A stretch of DNA of 64,000 nt from Lytechinus pictus (taxonomy: Eukaryota): NCBI RefSeq assembly GCF_037042905.1, contig NC_087263.1, positions 12,526,001-12,590,000 on the forward strand. Direction: 5' to 3'. The position numbers were made by a program, and so were the translations under genes. How positions within the stretch are numbered: the first letter of the stretch is position 1; each line of letters starts with the position of its first letter. Below the pieces are notes generated by a model. It was given only the letters and a program-made list of their open reading frames with translations, was not told where the DNA came from and did not search any database. This document shows positions 53,087 to 64,000 of this stretch, in pieces.

Positions 53087-54644
53087 AAATGATATAGGGG
53101 TATTTTAAGTTACATGACCCAACACCCTTCTTTCTATAAATTGCATACAGATGGGGGAGGGGGTTCATGCCCCCCCCCCCAAAAAAAAAGTTTCTCGATC
53201 AAGAAAATAGTAGAAAAAAAGAAAGGAAAAGGAGTGAAATATGATATATTTCTCTAAATGATGTCAAAATCCATTCCAAAATTCTATTTTCGTATTAAAA
53301 CAAATTAAAATGAATGCCTGCCCGCTTTGCCATCTCGCAAATATGTAGAAATTTTGCCACATACACTAAGTCTGGCCCCCTCATTTTGTTTTTTGTAATA
53401 ATTTTTTTGTTATTGCCTCATTACGCTACTGCTTTCTATATTTCTCATTCTCTCCTTACTTTCCTCAAGTAATTGTGTCACCCTCTTACAAATTAAAGAG
53501 GCGGTTGCCCGTAAGCCCCCATGCCCCCCCCCCCCCCCCATTCAGCTTGGCGCCGCCCCTGATTTCCAATCTGATATGAATATTGCTTGCACGGAAATAT
53601 TTTCTTTCATTATTGCTTATCCGGCATGATCCTCGCAAGTCGCAACCCACTCGCAGCTGTCATTGTGACAGACCCTGCATTCTCGTCTCATTTGCCATAA
53701 TCTATGTGCACCCCAAAATAAAGATTTTGCAGTGCCGGAGATGAATATTGTGATTCTACCGTCACACCAACGAAACCGAATTCAGACTGATCAAAGCTAT
53801 TACATTATTACCAATGACATGCTATCGGTCGGTTTTGAGTCGATTTCGTTGGTGGGACTAACGTACTTACAGAACGGAATGATGAATGTTAGCTAAGTAC
53901 TGGGGTAAACTTCCGACATCAATTACTTTTGCTGATTTTCATTAAACTGTCAATACATCCGGATAATATATGATCTATATTGGATGTCCTGATTGAAATG
54001 ACAGCTTTTCATCACACTGCTGTCAGTTACCATAGTAACAGAGTATCCATTAATATCCAACATTTCCCAATATCACCTTTAATTGTTGCTCATCCATACG
54101 TAAGCGTGGACTCGTATACGCCATCAAGGTCTGCTCATTAAGATATTAATTTTTTGTTTGTCTCATAGTCCGGATATTCATCGATCCTATGGATTGAATA
54201 ACTTTTTCGAAATATTCATTCATTACTATAATGATAGTAGACACTTTTTGAAAACTTATACATAAATGAATAAAAAGGTTGAAAGATTATGTTATTTTTT
54301 ATAAAAAATTGTGTCAAAAGCTATCACATAATTGGATTTTTGTAATAAAAGTGCCGAAATTTTTCCCTGTTACTCTCAACTTTTCATAATTTTTGCCCGG
54401 TATGCCATATATTTCTTTGCTCATTACGCCCGTTTCCAAGCCTATATTCATCCGCTTCTGCCTCTCTTTCTCTTTCACCTCCTCTCTCTGCAATATATAT
54501 CTATATATATATACATACATATATGGAACTTGGTCAGTGAGTAGTCAGGATCCTCCAAAATAATGAATATGTCATCTATATACCGAACATATATATATAT
54601 ACCTTCCCTTCGCTCTCTCCACAAGAACCTATATATTTTAATAA

Positions 54645-57620
54645 CCAATCCGTCTATCATTCCATGCATCCAACTATCCATTCATTCGTCCATCCATCCA
54701 TTCATTCTTCCATCCATCCATTTATTCTTTCATCCATCTACCAATCAATTAATCTGTCTATCCATCCACCCATCTATCCATCCACAAATCCCTCCCTCCA
54801 TCCATCAATTCATTCTTCCACCCATCCATCGACCAATCCTTCCATTCATTCATTTTTCCATCCATCTAGCCATCCATTTGTCTATCTATCTATCCACCCA
54901 TCCATCCATTCAACCAATCCATCAATCCATCCATCCATCCAACCAATCCGTCCAATCCATCCATCCATTCAACCAATCCATCAATCCATCCATCCATCCA
55001 TCCAACCAATCCGTCCAATCCATCCATCCATTCAACCAATCCATCCATCTATCCATCCACCTATCCATCCATAAATTCTTCTATCCATCCACCCACCCAT
55101 CCGTCCATCCATCCATCCACCCACCCATCCAACCACCCATCCATCCATCCATCCTCCATCCACCCACCCATCCATCGATTCATCCATCCACCCACCCATC
55201 CATCCTCCATCCATCCACCCACCCATCGACCCATCCTTCCATCCATCCATCCCCCCACCCATCCATCCATCCACCCATCCTTCCATCCATCAATCCTTCC
55301 ATCCATCCACCATCCATCCATCCACCCATCCATCATCCATCCATCCATCCACCCATCCATCATCCACCCATCCATCCATTTCCATCCATCCACCCACCTA
55401 TCATCCATCCAACCACCAACCCATCCATCCATCATCCATCCATCCACCCAACCATCCATCCATCCAACCACCCATCCATCCATTCATCCATCCACCCATC
55501 CATCCAACCACCCGTCCATCCATCCATTCATCCATCCAACCATCCATCATCCATCCATCCATCCATCCAACAACCCGTCCATCCATCCATTCATCCATCC
55601 AACCATCCATCATCCATCCATCCATCCACCCATCCAACCACCCGTCCATCCATCCATTCATCCATCCATCCAACCATCCATCCATCCATCTTTCCATCCA
55701 TCCATCCATCCATCCACCCATCCATCCATTCATCCATCCATCCAACCACCCATCCATCCACCCATCCATCCATCCATCCATTCATCCATCCATCCATCCA
55801 TCCATCCATCCACCCATCCATCCACCCATCCATCCATTCATCCATCCATCCAACCACCCATCCATCCACCCATCCATCCATCCATCCATTCATCCACCCA
55901 TCCATCCAACCACCCATCCATCCATCCATCCAACCAACCATCCACCCATCCATCCATCCACCCACCCATCCATCCATCCACCCATCCATCCATCCACCCA
56001 TCCATCCACCCACCCACCCACCCATCCATCCATCCACCCATCATCCATCCATCCATCCATCAAACCACCCACCCATCCATCCATCCATCCATCATTCACC
56101 CACCCACCCACCCATCCATTCATCCACCCACCCACCCACCCATCCATCTTCCACCCTTCCATCCACCCACCCATCCAACCACCCACCCATCCATCCACCC
56201 ACCCACCCACCCACCCATCCAACCACCCATCCATACATTCATCCATCCATCCATCCACCCACCCATCCATCCATCCACCCATCCATCATCCATCCACCCA
56301 TCCATCCATCCACCCACCCATCCATCCACCCATCCAACCACCCACCCATCCATCCATCCATCCACCCATCCATCATCCATCCACCCATCCATCCATCCAC
56401 CCACCCATCCATCCACCCATCCATCCACCCACCCATCCATCTTCCACCCTTCCATCCACCCACCCATCCAACCACCCATCCATACATTCATCCATCCATC
56501 CACCCACCCATCCATCCATCCACCCATCCATCATCCATCCACCCATCCATCCATCCACCCACCCATCCATCCACCCATCCAACCACCCACCCATCCATCC
56601 ATCCATCCATCCACCCACCCATCCATCTTCCACCCTTCCATCCACCCACCCATCCAACCACCCACCCATCCATCCACCCACCCACCCACCCATCCATCCA
56701 TCCATCCATCCAACCACCCATCCATACATTCATCCATCCATCCATCCATCCATCCATCCATCCACCCACCCATCCATCCATCCATCCATCCATCCACCCA
56801 CCCATCCATCTTCCACCCTTCCATCCACCCACCCATCCAACCACCCACCCATCCATCCATCCACCCACCCACCCACCCACCCACCCACCCATCCATCCAT
56901 CCATCCATCCATCCATCCATCCATCCATCCATCCATCCATCCAACCACCCATCCATCCATCCATCCATCCATCCAACCACCCACCCATCCATCCACCCAC
57001 CCACCCACCCACCCACCCATCCATCCAACCACCCATCCATCCATCCAACCACCCACCCATCCATCCATCCATCCATCCATCCATCCACCCACCCACCCAC
57101 CCACCCATCCATCCATCCATCCATCCATCCATCCTTCATCCATCCATCCATCCATCCATCCATCCATCCATCCATCCATCCATCCATCCATCCATCCATC
57201 CATCCATCCATCCTTCCATCCATCCATCCATCCATCCATCCATCCATCCATCCATCCATCCACCCATCCATTCATCCACCAACCCATCCACCCATCCATC
57301 CACCAACCCACCAACCCATCCATCCATCCATCCACCCACCCACCCATCCACACATCCAGCTATCCATCCACACATCCCTCCATCAATTCATTCTTCCATC
57401 CATCCATCCACCCGTCCAGCTATCCATCCACACATCCCTCCCTCCATCAATTCATTCTTCCATCCATCTATCTATCCATCCATCCACCCATCTATCCATC
57501 CATCCATCTATCCATCCATTTTTTTTCTTTCTTCCATCCATAGATCCACCCATCTATCCATCCACACATCCACCCCCATCCATCCACCCACCAACCAACC
57601 CATCCATCAATCCAGCCACT
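54645..57620. repeat. (CCAT/CCAC)n microsatellite, about 3 kb
   Basis: Directly visible, with degenerate edges. Confidence 0.98.
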
Positions 57621-59169
57621 GACCTTGGCTCACTATAAACCTTTCCAATGCAAATAATTAGTTATTGACAGAGAACGGAAGGACCAACATCACAACTGTT
57701 ATTACTGGAATGGAATGTCAAACATCCTTTATACATGAAAGTGCAAACACATTACAAATACTTAAAAAATAAATATAATCTTAAAAGAAATAAAAATCTG
57801 TATAAATCATATTTACAATTTGAAGCACACACAACAAACCAAATACATCAAGATTTAGGGTCTTATGATGGCACTTTTTGAAATAAATATTGGATTTACA
57901 AGTTAGCTTACTTTGTCAATTTTGAAAAAGCAAAAAATATCAAGAGCATTTTACCAAAAGCATACGTTTTAATGGACAATCATTTAAATAATAAATAACT
58001 GTCTTTCCATGCTCACCCTTTCGCATTTTTGCATACTTCTTTTTTCTTCTGGGTGTGTTTAAACAAAATAATATTACAGATCTATGTTGAACTTTAATGA
58101 AAACGAACCTACTGTATGAAAGAAAATTTATATTTTGTATGTTTTTGTATTTGTGATGCAACAAAAATATAAAATAAAATGACCAAACACAACATTTAAT
58201 GCATGGCTATAAAAAAATATGGCACAGCCTATACTCAGAAATAATTGAAGATAAACACACCTTTCTTTAAAGATAAATACCAGTTGAGGTAACGATCTCA
58301 AAATGAGTTCAAACAGAATCAAATAAAATTACCACCAAAGTGTTTGTATGTAAAAATGAAAAAAAATATGTGCAAAACTGCTCTGGAGGAAAACGCGTAA
58401 TTGCCGAGAAATTGGCAAAATAAGCACGGAATTCCATCAAAATGTCAGTTATTTTTCCAAGCAATATTAATACACTGTCCCACATATGTTTTTCTATGTT
58501 ATTGATCATCAGACTATTGGTGTTGAGCTACGATTCCACGATTTCACAAAGACAACTTTGCATTACTGGTGACAATTAACCTTGATTTAAATGACAAATT
58601 TTTAACTTTGTTATTCCTTGTCCGATTTTTATGAAAATGTCAGTGTTTTGTTTGTCTGGTTTTACTTCATCTGTTCAAATCATATTATTTTCAACCCAGA
58701 GTACCCCTTTAAAGCCTGTCTAAAGCTTTGGTAATGAAAGTTAAGAATATGAGTTACATGTGTATTGAAATATTATTCCAACAATCAAATCTTACAACAT
58801 CTTAGTGAACACTACATTACTTATTTGAATTTGTCCATTTATTGCCTTCACTGAGTAATCTTTACTTTATTTTTTTATTCATTGCTTATCCTAGAAATTT
58901 AAAATATGGCTGCATATCATTAAACTATATCCATCTTTTTTTTCCCCCCCAATCCATGCTTCAGATATCTAACGAAATACTGGTTGATTTTTTTTTTAAT
59001 TTAGACATTTCTATTAAATTGAAACATGGCACAAATATTTCACATGGATTTATTCATACATCAACGATGTTGTATGGTATACTTTTCTGTTTACCTGACA
59101 ATAGATTCAACCTTTGAAAAATAAGAGCCATTAGATCAATAAAACCTCATTAAATTTAGTATTAGTATA

Positions 59170-59309
59170 GGAGCTGTTGTGTAGTGGTTTCACATCTCCC
59201 CCTCATAATCAGAGGGTCGTGAGTTTGAAAGTCACCATGGCCCAGCGTCCTTTGGCAAGACAGGGGTAGTAATAAATCTGTAAGCACTTAGATACATACA
59301 ATGTACGTC
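59170..59309 (+). mobile_element. Degenerate tRNA-derived SINE fragment
   Basis: tgtgtagtgg A-box-like motif; aatcagagggtcgtgagtttgaa resembles the head of the 52862 SINE. Confidence 0.5.
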
Positions 59310-59313
59310 TTAA

Positions 59314-59841
59314 AGGGATGGTCCGGGCTGAAAGTTTTTATAGCTTAATATATAGAGTAGAATTCACTGTGCAAAATGCCGAAAATTTCATCAAAATCGG
59401 ATAACAAATAACAAAGTTATTGATTTTTAAAGTTTAGCAATATTTTGTGAAAAGAGTTTGTATTTTATTATATGAAATTAGGTTTATTCAATTTTTTTCC
59501 TCCAAGAACTAGAAAAATTGGATTGACAACTGATTTAGTGCATTAGATATTTATTGCTGCAACTTATTTCATTATAAGGGAGACATATTATTCACACAAG
59601 TATGAAATAATGAAAAAATTATGATTTTATGTAATAACATAAGAAAACGGAAAGTGGGGATGTGACATCATCAGCCCACCTAATGAATATTCATGACGAC
59701 TGTTTTCACAAAATATTGCTAATTTTAAACTTCAATAACTTTATTATTTGTTATTTGATTTTGATGAAATTTTCGGCATTTTGCTCAGCGAATTCTACTC
59801 TATGTATTAAGATATAAATATTTTCTGCCCCGACCATCCCT
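59314..59841. mobile_element. Kolobok-type MITE
   Basis: ttaa|agggatggtccgggctgaaa ... ttctgccccgaccatccct|ttaa. Confidence 0.88.
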
Positions 59842-59911
59842 TTAAGTTCATTACAGATAATTAGAAGTGAGACAAAAATCAAACAACAAGTTAAATATCA
59901 GAGGCTCTTAG

Positions 59912-60516
59912 AGGTTAAGTCCACCCCAGAAAAATTTTGATTTGAATAAATAGGACAAACTCAAACTAGCATAACCCTAAAAATTTCATCAAATTCGGAT
60001 GTAAAATAAGAGAGTTATGACATTTTAAGGTTTTGCTTATTTTTCACAAAACAGTGATATGCACAACTCAGTGACATGCAAATGACACAGACGAAGTTGT
60101 CCCTCACTACTTCTTTTCTTTTTTATTGTTTGAATTATACAATATTTCATTCTTTATAGATTTGACAATAAGGACCAATTTGACTGAACCATATACATGT
60201 AGTATTAAACAATGAGCACTTATTCCACATGTTCAGGGAGAAATTAATAGTTGTTTCATTTGACAATGAGGAGAAAATTAGAATATTTCACTTTTCATAT
60301 AATAAAATACAAAAGTTATAGTGAGTGGATATCGTCATTAGTCTCCTCATTTGCATACCGACTAGGATGTGCATAAAACTGTTTTGTAAAATTAAGCGAA
60401 GCTTTAAGATGTAATACTTGTCTAACTTTGCATCCAATTTTGATGAAATTTTCAGTGTTATGCTTGTTGAATTTTTCTCTTTAAAATCATCTTTTTGTTG
60501 GGGGTGGACTTGTCCG
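59912..60516. mobile_element. Kolobok-type MITE (second family) just downstream of the AMN1 stop
   Basis: TIR aggttaagtccacccca / tggggtggacttgtccg with decayed TTAA flanks. Confidence 0.7.
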
Positions 60517-60584
60517 TTTGCAAATGGTGTCACATATTCATGGCCAGTATGAATCACATGACAAATCACATGACTGTGAAATGG

Positions 60585-60661
60585 TTAGTAGATGGTCCAT
60601 GTTACCTGCTTCATCTTAGAACCTGATCCTTGTATCATCTCTAGAGCTTGTCTTGATCTAT
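60585..60661 (-). CDS. AMN1: AMN1 homolog (LRR protein), terminal coding exon
   Basis: Minus-strand ttttcttatttgcAG acceptor. Encodes (D)RSRQALEMIQGSGSKMKQVTWTIY-TAA, matching the recalled AMN1 C-terminus KLKQVTWTVY. Confidence 0.9.
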
Positions 60662-60988
60662 CTGCAAATAAGAAAATGAATGGATGGGAACAAGTTTTAA
60701 TAGGGGTGTCACTGCCCGACATATATTCATCATATTCTTCAACCTATGTCCACATTGCACTCACTGTTCAATATTTTAGTCAAGTTTTATACTTAACAAA
60801 ATGTAGAAATGGTGTTGATTTTTTACCCAATTGCTAAAAAAGCATGAATGCCTGTAATCAAGCATCCAGAGGACCAAAGGCTTAAGGTCCTCTCCGAGGG
60901 AAATAACTACTTACTTTAGTCTTACAATGTACCTTTGAAGATCCACTAATGAGACAGAGAATAAATAAGGCTATAATATCATTTGGAG

Positions 60989-61251
60989 CAGGCCCTGGAC
61001 ACGATTGTTTTTTACTGGGGATGCTGATGTTAATTTGACAAGCAAAAACACATAAATAAATATTTTAAAAAGGGTTTCATTACAAAATGAAGGTTATTTT
61101 GGTCCAGAGAAATTTGACGAGCAAAAAAAAGGTTTCACTACAAAATAAAGGTATTTTTGGCTAGATTTCTCAGTTTTTAACACCTACCAGAATTGCAGGG
61201 TGCTGTGTATGGAGAATAACACACGCAGCACCAATGCTTCCCAGGGCCACA
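60989..61251. mobile_element. hAT-type MITE in the last AMN1 intron
   Basis: 8-bp TSD atttggag (60981-60988, 61252-61259); TIR caggccctgg / ccagggccaca. Confidence 0.75.
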
Positions 61252-61421
61252 ATTTGGAGGGACAAGTACAAGTATTAATTGTAATACCATCCCTCTCATG
61301 AGCAGATGGACACACTGTTTCTCCTCAAACAATACATTATCTGACAAACCTCATATTTACTGCAGATCTGTAAAAAATATCTTGAATAAATCATTTTAAT
61401 CATGACTAATCATACATGTAC

Positions 61422-61590
61422 CTGTAATACAAGGGCAGCCATGGAACAACAGAATAGCAATATTTGGGCAGAAGTTGACGACCGCTTCTATCGCCTCGTC
61501 TGAGAGATGGACGCAATTATTCATATGAAGTTCATTCAAGGATTGCTGGCAGGCACCGTTACACAAGCTGAAAATACCCTCATCTGTAAC
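61422..61590 (-). CDS. AMN1: AMN1 homolog, penultimate exon (Cys-containing LRRs)
   Basis: Minus-strand CAG acceptor and GTACAT donor; 169 nt encoding VTDEGIFSLCNGACQQSLNELHMNNCVHLSDEAIEAVVNFCPNIAILLFHGCPCIT. It carries the AMN1 hallmark ILLFHGCP and splices in frame to the 60661 exon. Confidence 0.92.
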
Positions 61591-62196
61591 CTGTTACATG
61601 ATAAAGGGGAATCCAACAACAACAAAAAAACGTTTTTAAGAGGACGATTAAAATTAGACACAGATAAAAGATAGTCTAAACAAACCATACAAAAGTTATT
61701 TTTTAACGTTGTAAAAATTGGTCATCGCTCTACCCATGGAGCCATATAGGCTCCTTTGGTTATGTGATGTAAGGCAAGGACTACTCCTCAATTCATTCAT
61801 ATATTTTAAAGTTTTATTTCAAACTACATTTTTCTTTCATGAGGACATAAAAAAATATGCTCCCTTGGTTATGTTTTAATTACTGCCCCAGAGGAATGGT
61901 ACTTAGAAGAAAACCACAAATCCTTGATAATTTAAAGTATATGGTCTATGGGAAAGTGGCCCCAACCACCTGTCATAAAATTTGTTACCCAGTTTCCAAT
62001 TTAAAATTTAAATAATCTTGGGGTCTTAATTCTAATACAGCGATAACTTTCTTACTGTTTGTCCCGTTTCTTTCAAACTATCACCATTCTGTTTTGCTTA
62101 CTTCACACACGCAACATTTTATGACCTAGGCTTGATTTCCAATTGTGGTAGCACTTTCACAATACCTCAAACAGAATCCAATAAAATGACCACTCC

Positions 62197-62622
62197 GGCC
62201 AAAATTCACAAAGGTGGTTTTGAAAACCCACGGTTGAGTCCCTGGTTTATGCAGATTTCCTGTATAAATTACGCTTATTTTACCGCATATATTAATAAAT
62301 GTCCAATGCTGATGCGCGCTTTTGTCACAGTGCACCAAATTGACGCCTGTTGCTGTGGTTATCTACGCTATTTTACTCATGAGTCCACTGTTTTGAATTA
62401 ATGAGTCCACTCTTCAAACAGTGGACTCATGAATAAAATAGCGTATCTAACCATGGTAACAGGCGTCAATTTGGCGCATTCTGACAAAAGCGTGCATCAG
62501 CATTGGACATTTTTTATACACATGCCCGATACGCGCTAAAATAAGCGTAATTCATACAGGAAATCTGCATAAACCATGGACTGAACCACAGGTTTTCAAA
62601 ACCACCTTTGTGAATTCGAACC
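62197..62622. mobile_element. Near-fully palindromic Harbinger-type MITE
   Basis: Arms of about 200 bp, aattcacaaaggtggttttgaaaacc / ggttttcaaaaccacctttgtgaatt, pairing to a short loop near 62400. Confidence 0.85.
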
Positions 62623-62859
62623 CAAGTGTCTGTATGTATGAATAAGATTAAATTTGTGCCAGGGGACTTTGCTAGAAATTGTGTAATTCCTGTGATATTA
62701 GGAAAATAAGCAACACATTCCAGTGACTTGTGAGGGCCTTTCCTAAGCAATAATAATGCACTGTCCCATATATGCTTTTCTTTGTTTGCGATTTCCAGTG
62801 ATTGTTTCTCAGCTTGGATTTAATGATTTCATAAAGTTCCGTTTATGTAACAGTACCAG

Positions 62860-62987
62860 GGGCCGTAACACAAAGCTTAGCAATGATCGTAGAACATTTT
62901 TCTACTATTGATTCCATTGATGACAATATACAATAAATCTTAAAAATCAAGCGTAAGATTAATCGCTAACCTTTGTGTTACGGGAAC
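62860..62987. mobile_element. Short Harbinger-type MITE
   Basis: gggccgtaacacaaag / ctttgtgttacgggaac with CAG flanks; same family as 19159. Confidence 0.75.
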
Positions 62988-62995
62988 CAGATCTA

Positions 62996-63810
62996 GGGTG
63001 CGTTTATCCGCCACTTTTTCACCCTAGAATCATGATCTGAATCATGATTCAAATCATGATTCTGCAGAATCACGATTGCGTTTAGTCGAAATTGAATATA
63101 ATCATGATTAGAATCACAAACATGAAACACGAAAAAAGGGGCGTTTGGAAAGACGTTTCTGCAGAATCACGTACGAAAATGTTCGAATAAACGATATCGT
63201 GATTTGAATCATGATTATATGACCTCACTGTGTCGGGCTACTTTCGGTTTGACTCTTGCCAAGCTCAAGGCGCTCTATTTGCTCATTGTATGTACATGAT
63301 TACTCTGCATGCATTTCTTGTCATGTTCAAGTTCTGTGTTGGTCATCGCATCGTCCACTACTTTTCATTTTTTGGTCATGTCTTCAACTTCAAGTTCTAG
63401 TAAATTAATTAACTGGACAGACAATGATCTCAGTTGTTGTTGAGTATAGAGTGTCAATATTAAATTGGATCTACGCTGAAATTCAATTCCGAACACCATT
63501 TTGGATAAACTAACAAGATGAATATAAGCATATGGACCCTATATGATAGAAGTAAACAAAATTAGGTATAGACTGAATTCTGGAAGCAAAAGATTTTTCG
63601 AGAGCCGAAACACGTGCAAAAAACTTCCTCTGTCAAACTGCGCACTAGTGATGCGCACTGGATTGGCCCGAATCTGAGGAGAAACAGCATTGGAATGAAG
63701 GTCGTCTAAACGCTGATTCTGTGATATCGTGATTCATGTTTGTGTTTTGAATCATGATTCAAATCATGATTCAAATCATGATTCTGCCTTGAGGTCGCAT
63801 AAACGCAGCC
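62996..63810. mobile_element. Harbinger-type non-autonomous element with (gaatcatgattc) subterminal arrays
   Basis: TIR gggtgcgtttat / ataaacgcagcc; palindromic aatcatgatt repeats near both ends. Confidence 0.75.
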
Positions 63811-64000
63811 TTAGATCTACGTTGACATAGTGACCATAGGTTTTAAAGAAATTCTCAAGAAATCAGTATTTACTGCATCTAATTTTACTAATCTAAACAA
63901 GCAACAACAAAAAACATTGGCAATAGTGATAAAGCATCGGTAAAATTTTATAGTGTTTCATTATGTAAATTCATTCTTTCTCCTTTTTATCGTTATCATC

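Noticed and set aside
54563..57622. 1019-aa His/Pro/Ser/Ile ORF and the antisense MDGW ORFs
   Set aside because: These are translations of the (CCAT)n microsatellite.

Overview
AT-rich eukaryotic (invertebrate, sea-urchin-like by inference from repeat content and GPCR type) genomic DNA. No CRISPR, rRNA, true tRNA or prokaryotic system is supported. Three protein-coding genes are seen. (1) The 3' end of a type IV diacylglycerol kinase (DGK zeta/iota) on +, five exons between 1578 and 12793, with ankyrin repeats and a C-terminal ETAV PDZ ligand. (2) A single-coding-exon rhodopsin-class GPCR on - (48471-49580). (3) The last two exons of AMN1 on - (60585-61590), which the ORF track misses. The rest is dominated by non-autonomous DNA transposons (Academ-like, Helentron/HINE-like, Kolobok-, hAT-, Harbinger-, Tc1/mariner- and CACTA-type MITEs), SINEs, a 43-bp minisatellite with an 806-bp higher-order period, and a 3-kb (CCAT)n tract. 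The most unusual features are a possible splice switch between two PDZ-binding C-termini in DGK (WTDV vs ETAV), very long AG-free zones before two DGK exons, and an 11.4-kb nested inverted-repeat complex (28258-39660) with arrays of RFX X-box and YY1-like motifs around a 1.85-kb hairpin. All alignments and family assignments were made by eye or from memory; no database searches were run.
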